Origin: Tubulanus polymorphus
Taxonomy: Eukaryota > Animalia > Nemertea
DNA length: 64,000 nucleotides
Direction of reading: 5' to 3'
Assembly (NCBI RefSeq): GCF_964204645.1
Contig: NC_134025.1
Location: 28,872,299 to 28,936,298 of the forward strand
Shown: in pieces, positions 43,155 to 55,977 of the stretch
How positions within the stretch are numbered: position 1 is the first letter of the stretch
How the letters are laid out: each line of letters opens with the position of its first letter
Position numbers and translations under genes: made by a program
The notes under the pieces: model-generated
The model's database searches: none
Told to the model about the DNA's origin: nothing
Seen by the model: only the letters and a program-made list of their open reading frames with translations

Positions 43155-44072
43155 TCAATCACAGGATGTTAAAGTCTTTAAAGAAACAGGTTTTTCATTT
43201 TCAAAATCGCTGTCATCTTCCGCATCATCAGCGTTCATCTTTAACAATGTATGTCCGTTATTATCCCGGTGAATTAAACTTTCCATATCGTATTCGTCAT
43301 CTTTATTATAATTCCCACCGTCACCTCTTTTAATAAAACAACTCACGATCGCTCCGATAGTGATCATAGCGATTAAAATAATCAACATGTGCCAACCAAA
43401 TATTATAGTAGTGATCATCATTTGCTCGTGGTTTTCACCGTCCCAAGGTTCGGCACCAGGAATCGGATTATACAGAATAAACGCTACCTGATAAAACCAG
43501 GTTCCTTGAAGGATTACGAAAAATGCGCGCGCAAGTCCAGCAATAACGCTATTCGGGTATCGCATTTCAGCTAGAATTGTAATCACATTAAGAGCGACAA
43601 TGTAGACCAGTAATGTGTGGATTTGGATATCCAGACTGCTTCGACCGTGCAGATGGAACTTGAATAAAAGACCTTCAATCGCGAAAGCTAGCGCCGATGC
43701 CAAATAGTTGGCATTTTTGGGAACGAATCTGACTTTGTGATGAACCAAAATGTCCAGAATTCCACAGATAATGAAAGCGCTGTACATCGTAGAATGTTGA
43801 CCATTTCCCATAGCTACAAACTTTCCATCGACAAATCCAGCGGATATCTCAACAATAACACCAATTGCGGGAAATACGATTTTCAAAACGCCTTCCATTT
43901 GGTAGGTTTTAAGACGTCTACAACAACAGTAACACGGGTACGTGCAAGAATTGTAATATTTCCCTTGATTTCGCTTAGCTTTGAAAAAACGGATCCAGAT
44001 TTGAATCGTCCAGTGAATAGCAAATCCTAAGAAGAAGCTTCCTGGTATAACGTGTCCTATAAATGAACCCAT
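43155..44072 (-). CDS. TMEM45: Transmembrane protein 45 family (DUF716), paralogue 2, single coding exon
   Basis: 305-aa ORF starting MGSFIGHVIPGSFF. The C-terminal half is almost identical to paralogue 1. Confidence 0.93.
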   Translation of the reverse strand: MGSFIGHVIPGSFFLGFAIHWTIQIWIRFFKAKRNQGKYYNSCTYPCYCCCRRLKTYQMEGVLKIVFPAIGVIVEISAGFVDGKFVAMGNGQHSTMYSAFIICGILDILVHHKVRFVPKNANYLASALAFAIEGLLFKFHLHGRSSLDIQIHTLLVYIVALNVITILAEMRYPNSVIAGLARAFFVILQGTWFYQVAFILYNPIPGAEPWDGENHEQMMITTIIFGWHMLIILIAMITIGAIVSCFIKRGDGGNYNKDDEYDMESLIHRDNNGHTLLKMNADDAEDDSDFENEKPVSLKTLTSCD

Positions 44073-46447
44073 GTTAGTTGTAGTTGTGGTGCAAGTGAGT
44101 TACTGAAAGACAAGAGAAAGCAAAGTACTTCAGTGAGGTTGTTATGAGACATGAAACCAATAGACAGTGACAAAGAGCTGGGCTTTATTGAAATTAGAGG
44201 TCATAAACTGCTGAATTTCATCTGTCACTTGTTAAACTAGGAAGCCCACCTGGCTGATTACACCCAGTTTTGGGTAAACCATGGTTCAATCCTAGTACTT
44301 GATTTTAAGGTTTTAAGTGGCCTTAGTCAAATATAGGTGAAAATAGTGCATGTATTCGGTAACGTTGGTAAGGATTATACCAAGGGGCAATAGCGCGCAC
44401 TATTTTTGTTTATATCCGACTTTGGCTAGCTGATGACACAAACAAAAAGCAGATAAATGTTAATTTCCTAGCTGCAAGCACACAAATAGCCTAATTGGGC
44501 ATCCCATATAATTCAGGACTTCCTCGGGCTGTTGTCATAATGAAACTAGTTTCTGATGGTTGAAGTTTCTAGTGCTGATTGAAACAGGAAACTTCAAAAT
44601 CGAATCTATTTTCTACCTAATTCTTTAGTCATAACTGGTTCTACCAGCATTACTACAAAGCTCTTACCTTACGACCGCTGAATATTATAATAATCTACAA
44701 GCGAATCGACGTCAATACGGGTCAGATTCAAAACAATATAATCTTTCACGTTTGAGCAAACCAAAAATGCACACGTGATTTTACGCACGTAGACAATCTC
44801 ATCATACAAACGCACGGTATAGATCGGCCGTTAAATCTTTCAAAAACACACAAGACTTTGTGACGATCTGGTTAACAATAATACCGTACATTCAGGGAGT
44901 GATATCCGTACGGTGATACAACATGTGTTACCATAGTTACAACCATTATTGAGAATACTAAAATCAAACCTTCATTACGCCTAATATCAATGAAATTATC
45001 ATTCACAAAGGCAAATCGAACTAAATCATCCTACAAGAATAGATAAATCGTATTGAATAAAACGATGAATATATCATTGGTTCAGCTACAGATGTTATTG
45101 CTATGTTGTATTTTCAAGTCTCAACGATACGTCCTAGATATCAAAATCACTTTTACCCCATCGAATTTTTCCAATCATAGTAAGTTTGAGGTTGATAAAA
45201 AATTAGTTCACCGCTCGATAGTTGAGCGAATAAAGCCGAAACAGGCAGCAATTAGATTAGCCTAAGACAAAAACACCTCGCGATCGATATGCTTTCTTAA
45301 AAAAACACCGCTAGTTTGCTTGTTTCTTATTCAATTAAAGCCTTTCAAATTCAGTATGAACACTGCTCCTTGATTAATGACTCCCATATGAAATCAGTTT
45401 GTCAAGGATAGAATTCAAACTAAAAACTTGTGACAATCGCATTTTCCTATCAATCAGATAGGCAGATAATGGTACATTAGCATGCGGGCCTTTTCATGTA
45501 GGCCAACCCACAGTACTTCAAAAGGGTCCCAAGATGTGAAGGCTCTGTGTGCATTAATTGAATATCTCGGCTATGGGCCCGAATGATGTTTATATTGACT
45601 TCATTTTTTTGGATAGTCGACAGTTGAAACACAGAAACACAATGCAAATTGACATTTTAGAGCAGATACCATCCAGCCCAGAAACCTTTCAGAAATACCA
45701 TTCCAGCATTCTTACACTCTTGACAACCTAATAGGCGTACTAATCATTCCCATTACTAATAATGGGTCTAATTAAATAACCACTAAGACAGTTGTCAGAA
45801 ATATTAAAACAATGACAACCAATCATAGTGTAATAGCCATACTATAACCTGTTCTTAGTAGTCGAATGGAAACTCTAATATCCATGTACACTGACTGTAA
45901 ATAATTGAAGCCCCACAATTCGAATTTCATATGATATAATTTATCATGATGAAACCAAGTGGTTTCGTTTTAATAATGGGACTACATCGATTATAACCTG
46001 TAGTATATGGAGCACTGCTAACACGCAGTGCAGCCAGCCATCAACATAAGCATTGTTCTAGGATATCCCTGGTTACCTTTAACAACTGACCCCTAGTTTT
46101 TCTAGATTTTTGAGTGACTGCAATCAGAGTACTAATAGGCCTACTATCAAGAGTCAAGTATTCTTGTACCAAACCAGAACCGTAACAACAGAGTATAAGA
46201 ATAGAGCTGTTAGGCCCTTATCACCTTCGACCATTATTTACCTAGTTTCTGGTGGTAAACTGTTATAATTGGATGAAAATATTGTGAAACTAACCACACA
46301 GCTGGTTACTAAACGTCCAATATCCCACCGTTTAGCAACATAATCATAATTTCACCAAGAACCTTAATGTCTGTTGTTGTACCACAGAGGTCAGGTGGGT
46401 ACATTAGGATCATAGAGCAAAGTAGATCACCACTGTGGAAACAGCCT

Positions 46448-46560
46448 AGTCAGTAACCTGTCTGTGGTTTCGTTTCACGATCGGATATTTTCACAAACCA
46501 CGTTGGTATAAGCCCATCCGATTATAAAAAGCTTACCACCAACGATTAGGTAACTAACTA
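46448..46560 (+). mobile_element. Partial copy of MITE family A
   Basis: agtcagtaacctgtctgtggtttcgtttcacgatcggatattttcac...aggtaactaacta matches 15881 and the reverse complement of 10885-11001. Confidence 0.8.
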
Positions 46561-47665
46561 GAGACAGCCACACTGCCAGTGCCAGGACTGGGTGAAAATC
46601 TAAATAGGCCTAATCAATTAAAGTTTACTGATTTGACACGTGTGACAATTGACGTTTTATACTTGATGCTGAAATAAATCACATTGTGGTTGGTAATGCC
46701 ATCCCAGTCAAAAATCATTTAAAAATTCTAATTTTAATAAATAGTTGTAACCAGTCTCATTTGGCATCACCACGACAGACAGTCGACACCACTTCTGTCT
46801 GTCCTTTTTAGACCTCACATCACACTCACAGTGTTGGTTGTGGTTGTTAGTTTCATGATTGAATTAATGTAAGTATTTAATTTATGTATTTATGCTTACC
46901 ACCAACCAACGATAAAGGTAACAAACTAAAAATTGACTAACATGGAACGATATACGAAAATTGACGAAATTTAACTTAGACCTATTTGGCCCCTAGTTAC
47001 CTATTTGATTCACCTATTTCTCTTCAAGAAAGCAGCTCCTATCGAACAGATGGATGGTAAGGCGGATTTACGGACACTGACTAAAACAAATATTGCACGA
47101 TGACTAAGGCGAGTTCATATCGTGATATGCAGGGTTACAAAATCACGTATATTTAAACAATAATTTCGATCTTAAAGATGATAATATCGTGCCTTTTAGT
47201 AGAAAGTTAATCAATATTACTATTTGTAACGATTGTAGTTTTAAATCAAATTGAAAACCGTTAATTACCAATAATTAATTATCTCTTTCAACCATTGACA
47301 ATAAAATAGACTCGTCCATAACTAGATAGTGGCGCCATCTAAAATGTGTACTAAGTACCGCGCACAAACATCTTTAACCTACGTAAAACCACTACTCAAA
47401 CACACTGTTTTAAATGTGTTAAGTATTTTCAATTTCATAAGTAACAATAAGATCTTTATCCCGATGCGCAGAACATATTCGAAATTTGCAAAAATTACTC
47501 AAACTTCCAGTGGGAATAAATGAAGACATTTTTGATTGTGTCGGTTTTCGGTGATAAATAGCGCGAATGCGGGTCAGGACACTTCCTACTTTTCAAAACA
47601 ACTCAATTTCGATGGAATTTTGTTTAAATTTCGCCGTTTAGATTCGTATTTCGTGAGTTTGAAGC

Positions 47666-50600
47666 ATGTATAGAGGCCGTCAACAGTTTGCAAACATGCC
47701 GCCCACATCTACCGGTCAGTTTCAGAATCAGAATCGTGAAGGAAATGTGCAATTTCAACCACCGCAACAACAACAACAACAGAACTTCGCGAACAACTCG
47801 ATGATAGACCCACCCAACAAACCAGCTGCAGCAGTTCCCAACCAAAAACAACAACAACCACCACGCCCCGTATCATTCCACCATCCGGAAAATGACGCTG
47901 ATGTAAATAGTGAATTTGAAAATACGCGAATTGATAATCTACGTAAAAATACGCTGTTCGAAGATGCAGATTTTCCGGCAACGGACCGCTCAATTTACTA
48001 CAGCCGGCAGTCGCAATTTAAGTTTGAATGGTTACGTCCGCATGTGAGTTACAATAATAGTCGATGCTGATTTCCTCGGGGGACAGTAGACTCCACGTGC
48101 CACCGTCCACTCCAGATTGTGTGCCCAGACAAATTTCTTAAAATATTAATTGGGCTAACTGCAGTTAAAGTTGCCTTTCTTGCTTTATGGTGCTAGTGTC
48201 ACTAAGGGTAAGGGTCGTGGTTAGGTATTAAAGTTCATAACCATCAGGGAGACATAAATCGCACTCTCTTCAAATCCAAGTCCCTCTGAATTTGCTTGCC
48301 TTGCCAAGTTGGGGAAAATATAGTAAAGTCTACTGAGACTGCTCAGGTTAATATGGCATGGTTTATCTAAGAAAATAAAATATATTTTCAGGAAATAGTT
48401 AAGATGTACCATTCTGGTTTGAAGCCCGAGTTGTTTGTTGGCGCAACAAATAGATTTGATGTCAAGCAAGGAAAATTAGGTAAACATACAACACCTCTGA
48501 GTTCATCAATTAAATCTACTCTACATGCCTACATAATAAACTGTATTGATTGTTGGATGTTTCAGGTGATTGCTGGGTGGTGGCAGCACTCTCCAGTTTA
48601 TCAGAAAACATGGAACACATTTATAGTATAATCCCTCGCGGTCAGAGTTTCAGAGCTCAGTGGTACGCTGGAATGTTTCGATTTCGATTTTGGCAGTTCG
48701 GACGATGGGTCGAAGTCGTCATTGACGACCGTCTTCCAACAATGCGCGGGGAGTTGATGTTCGTTCATTCAAACACAGTCAACGAGTTTTGGGCGGCATT
48801 ACTTGAGAAAGCCTACGCAAAGTGAGTATTTAATTAGTTTGACAAGCATTAGAGAGGTGTGGTGTGTTGTAGTGAACGAGTAGGTCATGCCATTTTATCA
48901 TTACATCCATCACTCAAGCATTTTGTACATTCTCTCGATCGACTATCTCGTAGCCTGACATCTAAATGATGTCCATATTCAAAAGAAAAATTGCAGTTCT
49001 TGGGAAGGCGTAACTATAGTGAATTTAGTGGCTTAATGGATTGAAAAGAAGGGGGTTGAAATAGAGCAATCTAGGAATTCAGAGCATTAATTATGATTTT
49101 ATTCTCAATAGAATGTATGGATCGTATGAAGCGCTGAAGGCAGGTCATATCGCAGATGCATTGACAGATTTCACCGGTGGTCTAACGGAAAGTTATCCTT
49201 TGGGCAAATTTCACGACGTTCCGAACAACATTGTGAATATCATGTTTAAATCATTAGAACGACAGTCAGTGATCGGAGCTAGTATTTACGTGAGTATTCA
49301 TTCAGAAAGTCTTCGTACAGTAAACCATGCCTTACTCGCACAAACTGGCACCGGTCAGTCTCAGCAGGTATCTATCTGCTGCATGTACCCTCAGGCATTC
49401 ACCTATTAATGAATGAAGTCTGGACGATCTGATTATCTATGCAGTGTGATCAAAAGTCTGTCTTTTTTGTCGATTCTCTGAGGGAGAGGGTATTTATAGA
49501 GAACAAATCTAATTTTATCATCACAAAAATATGATAGGACTTCAGAAAATAATTACTTGATTGTCCGAGTAAGTCAAAAGTTCGAGTTAGGTAAGGTTTA
49601 TCTGACAAACTTTCTTTGAATTTCTTGAAGTAACATATGAGTAAGATTTCTTATTTTGATCAACAGCCGGTCGACCCGAATGAGAATAAACGCACTTTAC
49701 TACCGAATGGCCTCGTAGCTGGACACGCATTCAGCGTCACTGATATGAGAGAGGTAATATTATAATACACAACTCCACCTCACAACTCATCATTCAGCCA
49801 ATTAATTGATTAATTATGGCTTCAGTCATTCACACATATAAAAGAAAGTATTCAAACAGCTGCGATGAAAATAGCTTCAGTAACAATAATGTTAGTTACC
49901 GGGTAAAGAGGAATGGATGGGAGATTTTTACAGGATATGAAATATAAAAGATGCATTCATGCATTCATAATTCGGTGCGTTATTAGCGGGTAGTGAAGAT
50001 TAATTGGTCAACTACAATTGAAATAGTCTCTTTAGATGATTGACTAGGTCAGTCAGAATTTATACTGTACACGTAGAAAAGATAAGACAAAAAGTGGTTT
50101 CCAACAATTTGATGAATTATGTTTTGTTTGTAATACACAGCTAAGGATTCCACAGAATATGTTACCCATGTCATATCGCCAATCAGAGGTAAATTCATAT
50201 CGTCGCCAATTACGTACTAATCTGTTAAACGCGTACACACACCGACACACATACGCCATCATGTCATACCGTTGAATTTAAGGTAGCATGTTAACAATAG
50301 TGTATAACAGTAACGAAACCCTGTGACCAGTATCTCTAACCCATCATCAATTAACATTGTATTTCATCACTGTATGCGTTGTTGTTGTTGTCTAACTATG
50401 ATGAGTTATAACTTATCAATTATCAATACAAGCGTGTTGGTAGCTCACGGCACTTTGTTTTCTACCATTTCGCATTCATTAACCTCACACCCCGATGTCT
50501 TATTTCATTTCAAACGAACTCGACTATTACGGTTGTACTTACCTGAAATTGGTATCAGAATTACCAAAAAGTGAAACTGGGCAGCTGAACTAAATCATTG

Positions 50601-53600
50601 AATTTGATTCTTTTTATACTCCAGTAGTGTATTGAAGGATTGCCAAAACCGTCTTTGACTCAAGTTGAATGAAGAAAAATATGCTAAATTTCTAGGAAAA
50701 ACTAATACCCGGTATGGTTTAGTTCAGTTGTCATGGTCCTTTCTGGTCATTTTAGGACCTTTTTCTGGTTTTTTATACCATCATTGTTGAGTATCTGACA
50801 ATATTTGAAATGAAATGAGACTGGACACACTGGAGACATTGAATGAAAGGCCGGTGACTTCACATCCCTCGTATGCATGGCACATGTGTACAGTACTTTT
50901 TTAAAAATCCGCCTTACTAGCATTTAATGCAAGTATTATAATGTTAAACTGGTGAAATTCGATGAATGATTATTTCATGATGATGTATTTGAAGAGGCGG
51001 AATAATTATTTATCATTCAGATCCGTTTGATTTCCGAACGAGGTGAAATACCGATAACGTTGATACGCATTCGAAATCCATGGGGAACGAGAATTGAATG
51101 GAATGGACCGTGGAGTGATAGGTATACAAAGTCTTATTACTTACACAACATTTCTTAGTTCCAGTTATTTAAAGCTTATTCTTCGGATTGTTTTTTTTTT
51201 TTTAAGGTCTCCTGAATGGAACAGTATTCCTGAACCTGATAAACGTGCAATGGGTTTGATATTCAGAGATGATGGGGAATTCTGGTAAGTTTCGAGCCAT
51301 AGAATTCTGTTTAGCTGATAAATATAATTCATTTAAATACAATTATATAGACATAATATGAAAACGTGAATTAAGAATGTCTCGATGATTTAGCAGGGAA
51401 TGAAGATGTGTTTGTTCTTGTAGGATGGATTTCCGAGACTTTCTCACAAACTTTTCATCGTTAGACATTTGTAATTTGTCGCCTCAAATGAACTCGATGG
51501 CAGCTCGACAGTGGGAAGAGAGAGTTCATTTCAATCGATGGATAAAAGGTGTCACCGCTGGTGGTAGACCCGCTTGCAAAGGTACGAGTAACCAGACACG
51601 AATCCAGGCATGTCTCATCTAATCCAGAAATGATATATACAGAATTTTATCTATCATCATGTTTGTGCTTGAATAGAAACTCATTGGATGAATCCGCAGT
51701 TCAAGGTCACTCTATCGGATAGCGATGATGATGAAGATAATTTGTGTAGTTTAATCATTGAATTATCTCAGAAAGATCAACGACGCATGAAACATAAAAA
51801 TCTGAAAAATCTCGATATCGGATTCGTTATATATCAGGTTTGTAGTGACCTATTTAATTGTAATTAAGGTCGTCCAAACATTGTTACTTATTGATTCTTC
51901 GAAAACTCCTCCAAACTGAAAAAAATGTTTTTGAGGATCTTAAATCTTTTTAGATTTAAGAAATAACACTAAACTTGCTGAAATGTGTACTTAAAATTTC
52001 AGTCAGTGACTAATAACTCACTATGTATATCTATTGTACCTGGCCAACAAGGCACCAAATGTAAAGTATACCTGTGTGAATTATGGTATTTTCACCTTAA
52101 AATTCTGGAATGACTGAATAGTGTGAACCCTGATATAGTATGTACACTCATGGGTGATATTTCATCGATGTATATTCACAGAGAATGTTTAACTGATTTC
52201 TAGTTGACTGAGAATAATCACGTGTTACCGCTGACTAAGAAGTATTTCGAGACGTATCATTATAAAGATCGATGTGATCAGTTTATCGACGCCCGGCAGA
52301 ACGTCAAACGATTCTTACTGCCACCGGGAGAATACGTGATCGTTCCGTCAACGTATGAACCGAATGAAATGACCGAGTTCATGCTCAGGATGTATTTCGA
52401 AAAGATACATTCACAACCATCGGAGTAAGTAGAAAAATAGGTTGTAATTTTGTGATATGAAACCCAGACTAACAGCGAGAAAATAGAATGCGAAATGTTT
52501 CCATGAGCTAATAGTTTATTCAACATTTTGACTATATCATAATAGCGTCTTTGTTCTGGCTTGAGTATGAGGATATAGCTCAAACATTGAATGTCGTCAG
52601 GAAACTTTGGACTTTAGGATTTTGTTTTATCGTCACAAGTGGACAGAGTTTCATTAATGGTTTAATATGATGGAGTATATACCTGTGTAACTCATTGATT
52701 AAGAATATTTTTTGACAGGCAAATTGACGAGGTTCTAAGCATCGAGTCGCCGTTAGCATCACCTGAAAAAGATCCTGATCTGAAAACAAGAGAAGAATTC
52801 TTCAAGAAATTCTTCTACGACGTCGCTGGAGAGGTTCGGAAATTCTTTTTATAGCTATCGAGGGATGGAGAGGGAAGGGAGAGAATTTCAACAATTTTCA
52901 TTTGCGAATCTTACGTATGTCTTGTGTTTATTTCAGAATATGCAAGTCGATGCATATGAATTTCACCAAATTTTGAATGGTGCTCTACGAGCGGGTGAGT
53001 TTCATATCTTTACTGGGTCCCGAATGGTCGACTTGAATGTGGTTTACACGTATCTAACACGAGTTATTTATTTGACATTTTCAGATCCTAATCACAAGGA
53101 TATTAACATCGATACGTGTAAAGCTATGGTTACATTGGTAGATGTATCCTTTTCATTTTTGAAACAACTTGCAGCCGTAATCCTTCTAAAGTTCATTCAT
53201 TATTTGTCATTCAAGAATTTTCTTTCCTTAATTTGTATGAAGAATGATGATAATTGTAGACTCGGATACAATGAATTTTTGCACCTGTGGAACTTGGTGC
53301 GGTCGTGGAAGGTAATTCATCAATTGTCTGTTTGTTGTGATATTATTTGAACTTTATGACACCATTATCATGTATATTTCAGTCTTGTTTCTACGTTTAT
53401 GACGCTGATCATAGTGGAAAATTAAAATCTATTGAATTACGAAATGTGCTGCACTCATACGGTAAATACCTCCTCCATCTATTCAAAACTGTTCTTAATG
53501 ATAGATCTCTGCATATTGAGCATAGTTAATAATCGTTATTTCGATATTTATAGGTTATAAGTTGAATCAGAGTATTCTTGCCAAATTGGTATATCAATAC

Positions 53601-53902
53601 GCTGATAACCAGGAACAGGTTGATTTGGATAGTTTTATCGCTTGCATGACTCGTTTGGCTCTTCTATTCAGTGAGTAAAATTCAGTTTTTGGTGTGAATT
53701 TCTTTTCCATTTCCAGTAGCTCAAAATATGTTTTGATTCGTTTTAGAAATATACAAACGAAACCAGAAAAATGATTACGTAGCTATGGGTCTGGAGCAGG
53801 TAAACACTGAATTTATTTGATATCCTTAATTTGAATCTTGACCACGAATACTGATGATATTCTGATTTATTTCAGTGGATTCAGGAAGGAGTCGCGCTCT
53901 GA
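47666..53902 (+). CDS. Classical calpain (CysPc, C2-like domain III, penta-EF-hand; multi-exon)
   Basis: Gln-rich N-terminus and LFEDADFPA. The catalytic triad is intact: [26 protein letters not shown]. Also [33 protein letters not shown], and EF hands ([13 protein letters not shown]). TGA 53900-53902. Confidence 0.94.
53144..53242 (+). other. U12-type GT-AG intron in the calpain penta-EF-hand region
   Basis: Donor GTATCCTTT at 53144, branch point TTCCTTAAT at 53224-53232, AG at 53241-53242 with no pyrimidine tract. Splicing restores [18 protein letters not shown]. Confidence 0.92.
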
Positions 53903-55977
53903 AATGGAAGCCGATACTGAATTGTTCGGAATAAAAGAAACTGCCAATTAATCATTTGCGATGTTTAATAGCATCTTCACCTGACTGATAAATGACACGA
54001 ATCTTGCCATTATATGACACCAGTTCGCCGGATTCTCCAAGATTATATATCTAACAAACACTGAGATACGATGTGTATCTTGGAGGTTCTAAACATCCAT
54101 CCACTCGTCCCCTGAAGGTGCACAATAGTTACACACTAGTACTGGTACTAGTGTAGATATATACCGGTAAACACTAGAGATTTTAGTACGTTATTTTATT
54201 TGATGTAATTTGATGATGTTTTTAATATGTACAGAAGTAGATTGAGTAGATGTTCTAATTCTATCTAAAACGGTGACGAAAAGTTGAAATACAGAAGAAA
54301 CAAAGTAATGATTCAATCGCCTCAGTTACGGTTATAGGTTATACGAGTCAACCTTAAGCGACACAACTGTGGAATTGGGTTAAGAGCTGGAAATCCCTGA
54401 AAATACGAATTCTGCTAAAACTTTTGTGATCCTATTCGACGTGTATATAAATCATATTTTTCTTCCATATTCCAAAGTGCTCAATATAAAAATGGTAAAG
54501 TATTAAACCTATTTCGTGGGTTACTCATACATTTTCTGGTTTGGTAGTTCATACTACGTTGTGTTACTATATAGTAGCAATTTCTTTATTTAGCCATCAA
54601 ATCGTTGTCATTTCTTTGTTGGTGAAACGAAATATGTGTCAAATTTTACTCATTTAGGTTATGTAAATACTTGGGCAAAGGTTGGCAAGGATAGAGTAAC
54701 CATTGAAGTATTAGTATTTTGGTGAGAAGCCAATTATTATGAAATAATGACTAACTATAAATATTACACCTCATTATTAACCGTACATGTACATTTATTT
54801 TATACTGTTTTTAATGCATAATTAATGGTTGTGTGTATATTATTGAGAGAAATATCCGGCATTAATTTTAGATTCCAAAATCTTTGTTTTAACGAAATGA
54901 ATGTATGGGGAATAGAGAAATTTTACGCGTACAGGTTCGGTATGTGTTGTCTGTGGCCAACAAAATGGTGGTGAAACTTAAAAAAAAAGATCTAACAATT
55001 TTTGGATTGTGATTCAATCAACCATTAAATATTTAGATACTATAATTACTGATATTTACAATTAATTTAATAAAAAAAATAATTTATTTATTTATTTAAG
55101 ATTAGGATTGAAAATCTATATTAATATACTTTGTATTGGAATAATGAGAAAAATTTAAACTATTGATAATGATTCCCAGTAAATAATACATTCCATCCTT
55201 TACATAAATCGATGTATCCTTTGGTATTTGATCGACATTCTGATATCTTTAAATAAAAGACGTTTTTCCGAGGTAACCACTGTTCTAGTTGTTTTTGTTC
55301 CGATTTTCATGGCGATGAAGCTGGGAATCTTCAACACTTCGTCTTGAACACCCGAATGACAGCTGGTAAAGATAACTCTGACGACTCAAGTGGCAATGAA
55401 TCACATGGAAATATGTTTGCCAAGTGATGTGCTTTCAGTCGAGGGTTTGGAGGGTGACATGGGCTGAAAATAATCAATTCAACAAATGCAGTAATACGGG
55501 TGTCATTACAGTTAGACTCTTATACGCCTTATATGATTTGAGGATACTGAGTATCTCTGAGTCTGGATGGTCCGGGGCGTGTGGAAGGAATGACTGTGGA
55601 GTTTGGTTGTTTATGGGACAAGATTTGTCGTTCTCTTCAGGGCTTTGAATCTCTGCCAAAATCTTGGGTAGACGACTTGTTTTATGAAACTGTTCCCGGA
55701 GTTACAGTCTATGATTCTCAGCTACATGGAGTCAGGTTGTACTATCATCTAGGCTGAGAAGGCACACAGGGTTTAAATTTTGGTGGAGAACTCCTTCAGT
55801 GGCTGAGATGGCAAATAGGGTTATGGTATTTTTGGAGCACTCCTGCTTAGACTCCGTAATGTGCTGCCATCGCGTGTCCATAAATAGCAAACCCGGAAAT
55901 AAATTGAAAATTGATGAATTGATAAAACGTTCGATTAATCTCTTATTTTCCACTAAAATACATTTTAACGTATAAAA

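Noticed and set aside
48200-48225. Telomere-like TAAGGG/TTAGG motifs (also single TTAGGG or CCCTAA hits elsewhere)
   Set aside because: Too short and degenerate to indicate an interstitial telomere or a telomerase RNA template.
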